DNA from: a virus
Lineage: Duplodnaviria; Heunggongvirae; Uroviricota; Caudoviricetes
DNA: 64,000 bases
Strand: one strand, 5' to 3'
Virus record (IMG/VR): IMGVR_UViG_3300038360_000413
The notes beneath the pieces are model-generated. The model saw only the letters and a program-made list of their open reading frames with translations. It searched no databases and was not told where the DNA came from. A program made the translations under genes and the position numbers. Positions 37,139 to 45,536 of this stretch are shown one piece after another. Positions within the stretch are counted from its first letter, which is position 1. Every line of letters starts with the position of its first letter.

Positions 37139-37209
37139 TCCGGGGGTCACAGGTTCGAATCCTGTCAGGCTGCTTCGGCGGTCTGTAGCTCAGTTGGCAG
37201 AGCACCGGA
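37139..37209 (+). ncRNA. permuted tRNA-like module U2 (best preserved)
   Basis: TCCGG (anticodon 3' strand), GGGTC variable, ACAGG-TTCGAAT-CCTGT T-arm, CAGGCTGC-TTCG-GCGGTCTG closed acceptor, D-arm GCTC-AGTTGGCA-GAGC, CCGGA (anticodon 5' strand). Unit closed by GTTTGG (37103) pairing with CCAAAC (37238). Confidence 0.55.
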
Positions 37210-37289
37210 CTTTAAAGTAACCCAGTTTATAAGATTTCCAAACACCCTTTTTATATTTGTTGGCCATATAATATGCTTCCTTCTATTAT

Positions 37290-37362
37290 AATCAATGATG
37301 ATGTAGGTTCGATTCCTACCTTCCCCACACCGAGGGGAAGTGGCGCAATTGGTGACGCACAT
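37290..37362 (+). ncRNA. permuted tRNA-like module U3
   Basis: GTAGG-TTCGATT-CCTAC, CTTCCCC-ACACCGA-GGGGAAG closed acceptor, D-arm GCG-CAATTGGTGA-CGC. Confidence 0.45.
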
Positions 37363-37430
37363 GACATGTAGCAATTATGATTTCCAACTATTTTTTTTGT
37401 TTGGCTATGAAAAAGCTTCCTTCTATTATT

Positions 37431-37480
37431 ACAGGTTCAAATCCTGTATTGCTCATTGAGCGATGATTGGTTAAACTAGC
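37431..37480 (+). ncRNA. permuted tRNA-like module U4 (truncated 5' half)
   Basis: ACAGG-TTCAAAT-CCTGT, ATTGCTC-ATT-GAGCGAT. Confidence 0.35.
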
Positions 37481-37820
37481 TTTTTCGATTTCCAAACATT
37501 CTTTTACTAGACCGTTTAATAGGTACGCTACGTACTTAAAGGTAAGCAAAATTACCTTAAACAAAGAACTCTCCCAATATCCACGAGCGGGACCTAAGAG
37601 GTCCAAGATGGATATTGACAGAATTCACAAGAAATACAGAAACCTACTGGCCGGTCAATCCAGGCCTAGGCGACGAGTCAGCCCTGAGCGAACAGTGCCG
37701 ACGTCTTGCCCGGGCCACGGACCACCGGCAACTATGTTTCCGAATCTCTTTTAGTAGTAACACGACAAATTTTAACTTGTTTGGCTATAAAGAAACTTCC
37801 TTCTAAAATGGTTAATAAAT

Positions 37821-37880
37821 CGGTAGCATTGCTATCGGTTTTGTAGGTTCAAACCCTACTCCGCGCTTCGGCGCAGTAAA
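37821..37880 (+). ncRNA. permuted tRNA-like module U5 (anticodon-like hairpin, T-arm, closed acceptor)
   Basis: CGGTAGC-ATT-GCTATCGG hairpin, GTAGG-TTCAAAC-CCTAC, CCGCGC-TTCG-GCGCAG. Confidence 0.35.
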
Positions 37881-38014
37881 ATCAGTTTCTTTGATTTCCA
37901 AACACCCCTTTCGAAAGGCTATTTAATGACTTCCTTCTACTTCTGTTGCCGCCTAACGGCGGTATACTTTCTATGTATAATGAAACCAGTTATTAAGATT
38001 TCCTTTCACCTTTT

Positions 38015-38095
38015 GCTCCCATAGTCACAACGATCTTCTAAGTCGTTATAGTGTAATTGGATCTGTAAATGTAGGTTCAAGTCCTACTGGGAGTG
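38015..38095 (+). ncRNA. atypical tRNA-like gene: anticodon arm (loop CTTCTAA, TCT) 8 nt after the acceptor; D-loop-like TAGTGTAATTGGA after it
   Basis: Acceptor GCTCCCA/TGGGAGT and T-arm GTAGG-TTCAAGT-CCTAC; same non-canonical arm order as the gene at 33523. Confidence 0.35.
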
Positions 38096-38231
38096 CAACG
38101 TCTGGCTATTTTATTGCTTCCTTCTATTTTAGCTCTTAAATGAGCACTTGAATGCTAACCAAAAAAATAGTAATAAAGATTTCTAGACGACTTTTTAAAT
38201 AAAAAAAACAAACAACTACACGGAGGAAACA

Positions 38232-38420
38232 ATGAAGTGTATTAAAAACGTACAAACTGATGAACTAAATCGCGTTACGGATCGAGAGGCAGAGCTATTA
38301 ATAGACTCTAAGGAGTATGTATACGTCAATAAACAACAATGGAAAGACGCCAAAAGACCGACAAAATCGGTAACTGGTACTATAAATACGCTAATTCAGC
38401 AAAGGGGCGTTGTAGCTTAA
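38232..38420 (+). CDS. hypothetical protein
   Basis: 62-aa ORF with RBS GGAGGAAACA. Confidence 0.35.
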   Translation: MKCIKNVQTDELNRVTDREAELLIDSKEYVYVNKQQWKDAKRPTKSVTGTINTLIQQRGVVA

Positions 38421-38446
38421 AAAATATCACCTAGAAAGGGTATAAA

Positions 38447-38842
38447 ATGAACTTATCTATAAAATTAGACACATTTAAAGTAGTTAACGGATATCACGCA
38501 GTTCTTAGCTGGTGTTGGGCTTTTTTTCTTATAGGTCTCATTACAACATCTATAGAAATGGTAATAAGCAATCTCATATTTGCCGCGATAGGTCTTGTCA
38601 TGACATATCAATATCACAAAGTTGCCATTGAACACACAATACTTCTAAGCGTAGTCTCCATGGTCCTAAAAATAGCGGCCGCAGTAGGATTAATATTATT
38701 GGCAAAACATACAGCAGCTGTAAGTGTAGTTGGTATGGCTTTTCTAGTACCTACCTTTGCATTTTTCTATCACGTAATAGAAGCAGGGTATGTACAACAC
38801 TTAGTTCAGCAAAGCGTGCAGAAGGTATTAACAGAAAAATAA
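38447..38842 (+). CDS. membrane protein
   Basis: Multiple hydrophobic helices. Confidence 0.45.
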   Translation: MNLSIKLDTFKVVNGYHAVLSWCWAFFLIGLITTSIEMVISNLIFAAIGLVMTYQYHKVAIEHTILLSVVSMVLKIAAAVGLILLAKHTAAVSVVGMAFLVPTFAFFYHVIEAGYVQHLVQQSVQKVLTEK

Positions 38843-38853
38843 CAATAAATTAT

Positions 38854-38928
38854 ACGAGTGTCGATTTAACTGGCTAAGTCTGCGGATTCCAAACCCGTTA
38901 ATTCAAGGTTCGAATCCTTGCACTCGTG
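38854..38928 (+). tRNA. tRNA-Trp (anticodon CCA)
   Basis: Acceptor ACGAGTG/CACTCGT, D-stem GATT/AGTC, loop TTCCAAA, T-arm CAAGG-TTCGAAT-CCTTG. Confidence 0.55.
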
Positions 38929-38945
38929 CTAACAAAGGAAGAATT

Positions 38946-39482
38946 ATGAAAACAATTGGAATATACGGAGGGTCCTTTGATCCTCCGCATCTAGGCCATC
39001 GAGCCTTTGTAACCTACTTAGACAAACACAATAAAGAACTCAACTCCGGAATCAACCATGACTTATTATTAATTTGTCCATGTATCAATCCATTAAAAGA
39101 CATTACAATGAATGAGAGTTCATACTTTGATAAAGCTATGATGTGTACTGAAGCCTTTCCAGGACATTTTGTTCTACGTCATTACTACGAATATATGGTT
39201 GATCTTATAGATCACTTACGTGCAACATTTTTAAAAACACAAATCACCATTTATATAGGAAACGATGATTCAGCTAAAAGAATAAAGCTTTGGAATGACA
39301 TTGAGTATATTAAATCGCGCACAACTATAACTGTAATTGACTTAGACAAAGTAGTATACGATTCCAAAACAAGCAGCTCTATAATTAGAAAACAAATTTC
39401 AAATAAAGAATACATAGCAGCTGGCCGTGACTTACATAGCGATGTATTGAGCCGCATACTGCAAAATAAACTATATCAATAA
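38946..39482 (+). CDS. nadD: nicotinate/nicotinamide mononucleotide adenylyltransferase
   Basis: IGIYGGSFDPPHLGH = (H/T)xGH nucleotidyltransferase motif of NadD/NMNAT. Confidence 0.7.
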   Translation: MKTIGIYGGSFDPPHLGHRAFVTYLDKHNKELNSGINHDLLLICPCINPLKDITMNESSYFDKAMMCTEAFPGHFVLRHYYEYMVDLIDHLRATFLKTQITIYIGNDDSAKRIKLWNDIEYIKSRTTITVIDLDKVVYDSKTSSSIIRKQISNKEYIAAGRDLHSDVLSRILQNKLYQ

Positions 39483-39498
39483 ATAATCAAAAATAAAT

Positions 39499-39867
39499 AT
39501 GAAAGTAAAAATAGTTTGTAAAACGTGTGAGGGTAAGGGTAAATATGACGCTAAAGGTTTAGTATCATGGCCAATTCCTTGCCCTACCTGTGAAAGAAAA
39601 GGATATGAATTAGCTACCATTTGGGAAGCGGAAAATTCTACTCAACATTGTACGAGTTGTACACATTTAAGCAATACGTATCAGTACACATTAAATGGTC
39701 AGGGAGTATGCTATTTTCGATATTGCAATAAAATAACAACTGCTCCAAAATTAGGAGAAGGCAATTGCTTTACACAAATTGGCGACATATTAAGTCCAGC
39801 ATGGTGTCCAGGAAAAGCCTTAACTCCTAAAGAAACAAAAATAACTATAACAATCAAAAGCAAATAA
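39499..39867 (+). CDS. Cys-rich hypothetical protein
   Basis: Several CxxC pairs. Confidence 0.4.
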   Translation: MKVKIVCKTCEGKGKYDAKGLVSWPIPCPTCERKGYELATIWEAENSTQHCTSCTHLSNTYQYTLNGQGVCYFRYCNKITTAPKLGEGNCFTQIGDILSPAWCPGKALTPKETKITITIKSK

Positions 39868-40260
39868 ATGAGAACACAGCCCGATAAGAGACCATCAGTA
39901 CTGCAAATAATAGTTCCAACAAAGACTTTAATAAGGCCAACTACGTATTATCGAATAGTAGAACGATACTCAAAAGGTGTTCGTACTTTATTTCATGGCA
40001 CTAACCATTCAAGACATTTAGAACCGGGAGTTTGGTTAAAATCCAAAGAACAATTTGTTCAAGATGGAACGGGTGGTCGCATATACACATCAGGGTGGCA
40101 CATTTTAAAAACAAAAGAAGAAGCACAGGCTTTCAAAGACAAACAATTCAGAACACGCCTAGACAAACTTGAGATCATACCTGTACTAATAAAAGGCAAG
40201 ATCTGGAAAAAATCACATTCCAGATCAGAAGTTTGGCTAGCCGAGTGGATGAAAATTTAA
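39868..40260 (+). CDS. hypothetical protein
   Basis: 130-aa ORF. Confidence 0.4.
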   Translation: MRTQPDKRPSVLQIIVPTKTLIRPTTYYRIVERYSKGVRTLFHGTNHSRHLEPGVWLKSKEQFVQDGTGGRIYTSGWHILKTKEEAQAFKDKQFRTRLDKLEIIPVLIKGKIWKKSHSRSEVWLAEWMKI

Positions 40261-40273
40261 AACAAGGAAAGGA

Positions 40274-40825
40274 ATGCAGAACAAAAGAATAAGAGGAACT
40301 TCTCCAGCAGTAATGCTGACAAATCCAAAATTTCCACACAACGTCGGTGCCACAGTGCGCGCCGCATCATGTTGGGGAGTTGAACAAGTTTATTGGACAG
40401 GCCGCAGAGTTCCTCACCCAGAAAATTGGCCTAAAGAACATCGACTTCCAAGAGAAGAGCGTATGAAAGGTTATAGAGATGTAACAATGCTTAAAGCAGA
40501 AACTTTAAAAGATACATTGAAAAACTTTGATAAAGATGTAGTACCTGTTGCAATTGAATTGCGACCTAACTCAGAAATCTTATTTGATTTCATACATCCG
40601 GAAAACGCCATATACATATTTGGACCTGAAGACGGAAGTCTTGATTGGAAAGTACTCCAACATTGCCACAGATTTGTGGTATTACCAACTGCCCATTGTA
40701 CCAATCTTGCAGCAGCAGTAAATGTAGTACTTGCACACAGAAAAGAACAAATGTACAAACGAGGATTAATTCCCAACATCTACGACTTCTTAGAAGAAGA
40801 TAGAGGCTTTATCGCAAACTGTTAG
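40274..40825 (+). CDS. SpoU/TrmH-family RNA 2'-O-methyltransferase
   Basis: NVGATVRAASCWGV (motif 1-like), IFGPEDGSL, TNLAAAVNVVLA (SPOUT motif 3-like); ends in TAG. Confidence 0.55.
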   Translation: MQNKRIRGTSPAVMLTNPKFPHNVGATVRAASCWGVEQVYWTGRRVPHPENWPKEHRLPREERMKGYRDVTMLKAETLKDTLKNFDKDVVPVAIELRPNSEILFDFIHPENAIYIFGPEDGSLDWKVLQHCHRFVVLPTAHCTNLAAAVNVVLAHRKEQMYKRGLIPNIYDFLEEDRGFIANC

Positions 40826-40880
40826 TAAATACCAACAGTACGTACAATATTAACTATTAGTGTTGGTAAATACCAACACA
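40826..40880 (+). repeat. direct repeat GTAAATACCAACA x2 with inverted repeat TACCAACA/TGTTGGTA
   Basis: Seen in the intergenic sequence. Confidence 0.3.
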
Positions 40881-40904
40881 AAGAAACATAAAGGAAACAA
40901 TACA

Positions 40905-41201
40905 ATGTTATTGAAATTCAAATCAAAAATGATAGAAGTAACTCCAAAATTCGACGAACCCTTTACTACAAGGGAAACGACCGTCAATATATTTGCAGGT
41001 GAAAACAAAGAAGAAGAACCCTTAGCTACGGCGATTGTACAACTTCACAGCGGAGATGTAGACGACATAGCAATTGGGCAAAAATATGCTTTTAAAAGAC
41101 TTATGAAATTAAATGCCTTTAATAGGACACAACGAATAGAGCTCTTTAATTCTTTTTGGAATTATTCAAAGAGAACAATGGCTTTAAGACATACGTGGTA
41201 A
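40905..41201 (+). CDS. hypothetical protein
   Basis: Start moved to ATG after RBS AAAGGAAACAATACA. Confidence 0.4.
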   Translation: MLLKFKSKMIEVTPKFDEPFTTRETTVNIFAGENKEEEPLATAIVQLHSGDVDDIAIGQKYAFKRLMKLNAFNRTQRIELFNSFWNYSKRTMALRHTW

Positions 41202-41206
41202 AATTC

Positions 41207-41292
41207 GGAGGGATGGCAGAGCGGTAATGCAGCGGATTGCTAATCCGTGGACGTCGAACGGCGTTCCGTGAGTTCGAATCTCACTCTCTCCG
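41207..41292 (+). tRNA. tRNA-Ser (anticodon GCT), type II
   Basis: Acceptor GGAGGGA/TCTCTCC, 3-bp D-stem, loop TTGCTAA, 19-nt variable arm, T-arm GTGAG-TTCGAAT-CTCAC. Confidence 0.65.
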
Positions 41293-41423
41293 CTTGGGCG
41301 GGGGCGTGGTAGCCTGATGTGTAAGAGCTGGATAGCGAGGGTTCGATTCCCTGAAACATCACAGACCAACTGGTCGCCCTAACAATTTAAAAAACAAACA
41401 AATAATCGAAAGGAGTACAGCTT

Positions 41424-41633
41424 ATGGCTGTAATAACTGGCGCCGCAATTCCTGTTTATCGTATGGTTACTTTACTTAAAGGAAGTGAACTTGAAGCATT
41501 AGGAATGCGAAGAAGTGGCCCGTCTTGCTTATCTATAATAAAAAAAGAGTTTAATCTCAAAGGAAGCAGGAAAAAAGTGCACATAGAATTTGAAAAACTC
41601 ATCAAAATTGAAAAACATAAAATAGGGGTATAA
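41424..41633 (+). CDS. hypothetical protein
   Basis: 69-aa ORF. Confidence 0.35.
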   Translation: MAVITGAAIPVYRMVTLLKGSELEALGMRRSGPSCLSIIKKEFNLKGSRKKVHIEFEKLIKIEKHKIGV

Positions 41634-41638
41634 GAATA

Positions 41639-42028
41639 ATGATAGGAACACTTGTAGTTACAAAACTTTCAATGTTAGGAAATCCTGCAGGATCTGTAGG
41701 AATATGTTACGACACATATAACCTTGGAACAAAATCAGATGGTAATTGTTTTATCTTTGAGAACGGCAATTATGATGGCTTCTCAAATGAAGAAAAAGAA
41801 GTCATGCTAACTAAAGTGGGACAGGCTCCTGATTTTTCATATACATTTGAGCATGTCATGACATTATCAAGAGATTTTGACAATGACAAGTTTAAAGCAG
41901 CTTTCGCAGTTGCAAGAACAAAAGCAAAACATTTAAAATACTTGAAATCAGAGGCCGGAGCCAGTAACAATGATGGGTACGTTCAGCAAGGTTGTAAAGA
42001 AAAAATCAAAGAAATAACTACATGGTAA
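41639..42028 (+). CDS. hypothetical protein
   Basis: 129-aa ORF. Confidence 0.4.
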   Translation: MIGTLVVTKLSMLGNPAGSVGICYDTYNLGTKSDGNCFIFENGNYDGFSNEEKEVMLTKVGQAPDFSYTFEHVMTLSRDFDNDKFKAAFAVARTKAKHLKYLKSEAGASNNDGYVQQGCKEKIKEITTW

Positions 42029-42627
42029 TGAACTTGAGACTTAATGTCCAAAACATCGACACTGACATAGCAGCCTGCACTAAATGTGAGCTCAGAGACG
42101 GATGCGAACGAGTAAATGTTGGAGAGGGTAGTATACCTGCAAATATTTTATTTGTAGGAGACGCACCTGGTCAAGATGTTATAGAAGAAGACGAACCACG
42201 AACTCTAAAAGGACGTTCTGGAAAGTTATTCAGAGAAATCTTAGAAGAAATTAATTTTTCTCATACATACTATATGACCACAATTGTTAAATGTGCTACT
42301 CCAAATAACACAGCGCCATTTCCTTGGGACATAGAAACATGCATACCACATTTGATACGTCAAGTTAAGCACTTAATCAAACCGTTAATAATCGTAGGAT
42401 TAGGGGACATTACAACCCGAAGACTAATAGATTATCCAAAATTATCTTATAACTTCTTTGATGGGCATGGTAAAATAATAGACCTGCCAGGAGGATATAA
42501 GTTTATGGGTATATATCACCCAGCTTCAGCTTTAAGAAGTAAGATTCGAAAAGCTACTCTAATAGAAGACTTACATAAATTAAGTACTGCGTGTGACGCA
42601 ATACTCAACAATAAAAACAAAGGATAA
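42022..42627 (+). CDS. uracil-DNA glycosylase superfamily (family 4/5-like)
   Basis: N-terminal Cys cluster, LFVGDAPGQDV...GRSGKLF and YHPASALR motifs. Confidence 0.6.
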   Translation: MVMNLRLNVQNIDTDIAACTKCELRDGCERVNVGEGSIPANILFVGDAPGQDVIEEDEPRTLKGRSGKLFREILEEINFSHTYYMTTIVKCATPNNTAPFPWDIETCIPHLIRQVKHLIKPLIIVGLGDITTRRLIDYPKLSYNFFDGHGKIIDLPGGYKFMGIYHPASALRSKIRKATLIEDLHKLSTACDAILNNKNKG

Positions 42628-42629
42628 AT

Positions 42630-42938
42630 ATGAATCCGTTTAGCTCAATAACACCTGTAGAAGCGAAAGACTTAACAGGAAAAAAAGCACAAGAAGGACT
42701 AAAGTCATACGAAGAGGGTATGGATCTTTTTACAACCGCTTTAAAACACGTAACTGCCGGTGAAACAAAGTTTGCTGCTCAAAAAAAAGCAAATGACGCT
42801 GAAATAGTTAGAATGCAGACTGAAATAGATGCAGTACTTGCCAAAATAAATACAACAAAAGCACAGAATTTGGGAATTACCAAACAAGTTGCACGTTGTA
42901 AAAAAGCAAAGAAAAAAATACAAACATTCATAGTATAA
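42630..42938 (+). CDS. hypothetical coiled-coil protein
   Basis: 102-aa ORF. Confidence 0.4.
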   Translation: MNPFSSITPVEAKDLTGKKAQEGLKSYEEGMDLFTTALKHVTAGETKFAAQKKANDAEIVRMQTEIDAVLAKINTTKAQNLGITKQVARCKKAKKKIQTFIV

Positions 42939-43002
42939 TAACTATAAATGAAAACTCTAGGACTCTTCTTCGCGGGAGAGTCCTATTTACTAAAGGAATA
43001 TT

Positions 43003-43362
43003 ATGTTTCACGACTCACAAGAATTTAATACGATAGTTAAAATACTATTTCCAGAAGAAAGTGTCTTAGGAGTAAGCACCCCAGAAGTTTTAACAATGTT
43101 CTACGTATCTACAGAAGACATTGAAAAGCAAACAAAAATGCTTGCAATTCTACAAGCCTTAACTAAAGAATATAAAGCTGTATTGCACGCATTTGATCAA
43201 GAAACAGTACCTACAGATGAATTTGCATATTTGCAAAGTAGAATACCGTTTCAGAATTTACCACAGTTGTTTATTTTCTCTCCAAAAAAGAAATTTGCAT
43301 CTATAAATGGCACCCGAACAAAAGAAGAGCTTGTAGTAGCTATAACAAATTTACTAAATTAA
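43003..43362 (+). CDS. hypothetical protein
   Basis: 119-aa ORF. Confidence 0.4.
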   Translation: MFHDSQEFNTIVKILFPEESVLGVSTPEVLTMFYVSTEDIEKQTKMLAILQALTKEYKAVLHAFDQETVPTDEFAYLQSRIPFQNLPQLFIFSPKKKFASINGTRTKEELVVAITNLLN

Positions 43363-43369
43363 ATTCAGT

Positions 43370-43750
43370 GGGGGCGCCCGGTATCGATTATTATACGACG
43401 CGAGAATGGCTCAAGCAGAGTTATTGGCTTAACCAATTAAAACAAACAACTGGCAAAACGCAGTTCGCATTAGCGGCGTAAAGTAACATTTACGGTTATC
43501 GCTCACGTTCTTCTTCTTGACTCCGATAGTTCTGAAGAGCGTCATTTATCGGATCTGTCCAACTGTTTGGGGACGAATAAATAAAGGCACAGCGTTCCAA
43601 AGGTAAAGGGAAGTACGATAACTAATAATAGAGCTCCCGAGATCATTTGTTCTTTTGATTACCTCGTAAACATTGCAAAAGAAATAAGCTTGTAAACAAC
43701 CACCTTGATACTATAATAAGACGGGAGTTCGACTCTCCCCGCCTCCACCA
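43370..43750 (+). ncRNA. ssrA: tmRNA (SsrA)
   Basis: 5' GGGGGCG pairs with CGCCTCC 375 nt downstream, followed by A-CCA. T-arm GGGAG-TTCGACT-CTCCC. Internal tag reading frame GGC AAA ACG CAG TTC GCA TTA GCG GCG TAA (..KTQFALAA*) at 43452-43481. Confidence 0.8.
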
Positions 43751-43771
43751 ATTTTAACCATAAGGACTTAA

Positions 43772-44083
43772 ATGAACGATAAAAACAAAGACGATAACAC
43801 AAAGATTATCAAAATGGGTAACCGAACACCCGCTAATACCACAGAAACAAAACCTGCGGAAACATCAGAAAAAATATCCGCACTACCGCCAGGAATTTCA
43901 CAGCATGCATGTAAAAAATGTAATTCACCACACTTTACACAAGTATTTCAATTGTTTATAGTTTCTAAACTTAATCCAAAAAATTCTACAGGAAAAGATC
44001 AACTAATGCCTACACCAGGCTTTTTGTGTGTAAACAACTGTGAGGAATCTTTCACACCAATAGAGACACGACCTAACCAATAA
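43772..44083 (+). CDS. hypothetical protein with C4 zinc motif
   Basis: 103-aa ORF. Confidence 0.35.
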   Translation: MNDKNKDDNTKIIKMGNRTPANTTETKPAETSEKISALPPGISQHACKKCNSPHFTQVFQLFIVSKLNPKNSTGKDQLMPTPGFLCVNNCEESFTPIETRPNQ

Positions 44084-44089
44084 TAGAAT

Positions 44090-44905
44090 ATGCAAGCATA
44101 CTTAGATATGTTAAAACATGTAATAGACAAGGGAGAATATAGAGATAATCGTACTGGAATAGGTACGTTTGCTGTATTCGGATATCATTATAAAATTGAT
44201 TTGGCGAAAGGCTTTCCCCTATTGACTACGAAAAAGATGTATTATAAATCAGCTATAAGAGAACTTCTCTGGTATTTATCTGGAGAGACTCATATTAGAA
44301 ATCTTCGTAAACACACTAAAATTTGGGATGGCTGGACATCAGAAGAAGATAATTGGAATGTTGGAAAAATGTATGGATATCAGTGGGTTAATTGGGAAAA
44401 ACATACACACGACATTACGGGAAGATGTAAAGTAGAGCATATCAATCAAATACAAAATGTAATCGATATGCTAAAAACAAACCCAAATGATCGCAGAATG
44501 ATAGTAACAGCATGGAATCCCTCAGTACTCGGTGAAATAGCACTTCCTAGTTGCCACATGTTTTTCATGTTCAGCACTATGGGAGGCAAATTAAATTGCC
44601 ATATGACACAACGTTCTGCGGATTTACCACTCGGCGTACCCTTTAACATTACTTGCTATGCAGCACTTACCCAAATGATCGCACAAGAAGTTGGTTTAGA
44701 GGTAGGAGAATTTTCCCATTATTTAAATGACTTACACATATATGAAAATCAAATAGAAGGAGCTTTGAAACAATTAAAACGAGAACCAAGAAGCTTACCA
44801 ACATTAAAAATTAATAAAAAGCCTTTTTGGGACATCAGTTTTGAAGATTTTACATTGGAAGATTATAACCCACATCCTCCAATAAAATTTCCCGTGGCAA
44901 TATAA
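44090..44905 (+). CDS. thyA: thymidylate synthase (ThyA type)
   Basis: RTGIGT, LTTKK, PSCHMFFMF (catalytic Cys), DLPLGVPFNI motifs; 271 aa. Confidence 0.9.
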   Translation: MQAYLDMLKHVIDKGEYRDNRTGIGTFAVFGYHYKIDLAKGFPLLTTKKMYYKSAIRELLWYLSGETHIRNLRKHTKIWDGWTSEEDNWNVGKMYGYQWVNWEKHTHDITGRCKVEHINQIQNVIDMLKTNPNDRRMIVTAWNPSVLGEIALPSCHMFFMFSTMGGKLNCHMTQRSADLPLGVPFNITCYAALTQMIAQEVGLEVGEFSHYLNDLHIYENQIEGALKQLKREPRSLPTLKINKKPFWDISFEDFTLEDYNPHPPIKFPVAI

Positions 44906-44924
44906 ATACAAATAAAAGGAACCT

Positions 44925-45536
44925 ATGAATAACCCTATGAACCCTGAAACACTAGAGCTTATGAGAATTCAATTCGAGATACTGAGCAGACAATTAGAAG
45001 TAGGAATTGATGTAGATAGAAGAATTATTACAGTAGACGGTCTGATTGATATTACGACCCCAGGCTTGCTGAAAAGCAAAATAGACTTAATTACTGGTCT
45101 AACTAACAGTTTTGACCCAATTACTTGGGAAATAACAAGTTACGGCGGATCAGTAGAAGGTATGTTTGGTTGTCTAGATGTTATGAATGAATCAAAAGCA
45201 ATAATAAATGCACATGGTATTGGAATTGCCGCGTCAGCTGCCGCTTGGATATTGATAGCCGCTCCAGGAGAAAGAAGTATGAGTAAAAATGCTTCCTTAA
45301 TGCTACATGAAATGAAAGCCGATCTCGGAGGCGGTGTAGCAGAACTAACAGCGAGCGCAAGTTATCTTGAAGAACGCTTTAGTCAAGCACTCACTGTCTT
45401 AGCAAAAAATTCCAATAAATCGAAAGCATACTGGGCAGGTTTAGTACAAAACACTTTGTACATGTCTGCATCCACTTGTTTAGAATATGGATTAATAGAT
45501 AAGGTAAGAACACATGCAAAACGGAAAAGAAGATAA
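44925..45536 (+). CDS. ClpP-family (S14) serine peptidase-like protein
   Basis: GIGIAASAAAWIL around the putative active Ser, MLHEM helix; about 200 aa. Confidence 0.55.
   Translation: MNNPMNPETLELMRIQFEILSRQLEVGIDVDRRIITVDGLIDITTPGLLKSKIDLITGLTNSFDPITWEITSYGGSVEGMFGCLDVMNESKAIINAHGIGIAASAAAWILIAAPGERSMSKNASLMLHEMKADLGGGVAELTASASYLEERFSQALTVLAKNSNKSKAYWAGLVQNTLYMSASTCLEYGLIDKVRTHAKRKRR

Larger units (their letters stand above)
36611..38195 (+). repeat. tandem array (at least 6 units) of circularly permuted tRNA-like modules with conserved boxes GATTTCCAAACACCC and GGCTAT-N7-CTTCCTTCTA; 85-nt terminal direct repeats at 36616-36700 and 38103-38190
   Basis: Each unit runs T-arm, acceptor 3' strand, tetraloop (TTCG in 3 units), acceptor 5' strand, D-arm, anticodon-stem 5' strand. 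Unit ends pair (GTTTGG/CCAAAC). Two units carry about 300-nt inserts. Confidence 0.6.

Noticed and set aside
36398-37806. Small ORFs on both strands across the 36.4-37.8 kb repeat array (e.g. 36398-36619-, 37165-37374-, 37388-37606-, 37615-37806+)
   Set aside because: They run through tRNA-like hairpins and conserved RNA boxes. Only the two paralogous + strand ORFs were kept as a low-confidence observation.
36611-38195. Possibility that the repeat array is a CRISPR array
   Set aside because: Units are 125-415 nt with variable spacing, contain tRNA-like structure and no short fixed-length repeat/spacer periodicity.
41296-41345. Second tRNA immediately after tRNA-Ser(GCT)
   Set aside because: Only a T-arm-like GAGGG-TTCGATT-CCCTG and a weak 7-nt acceptor match with 14 nt between them. 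Too degenerate to call.
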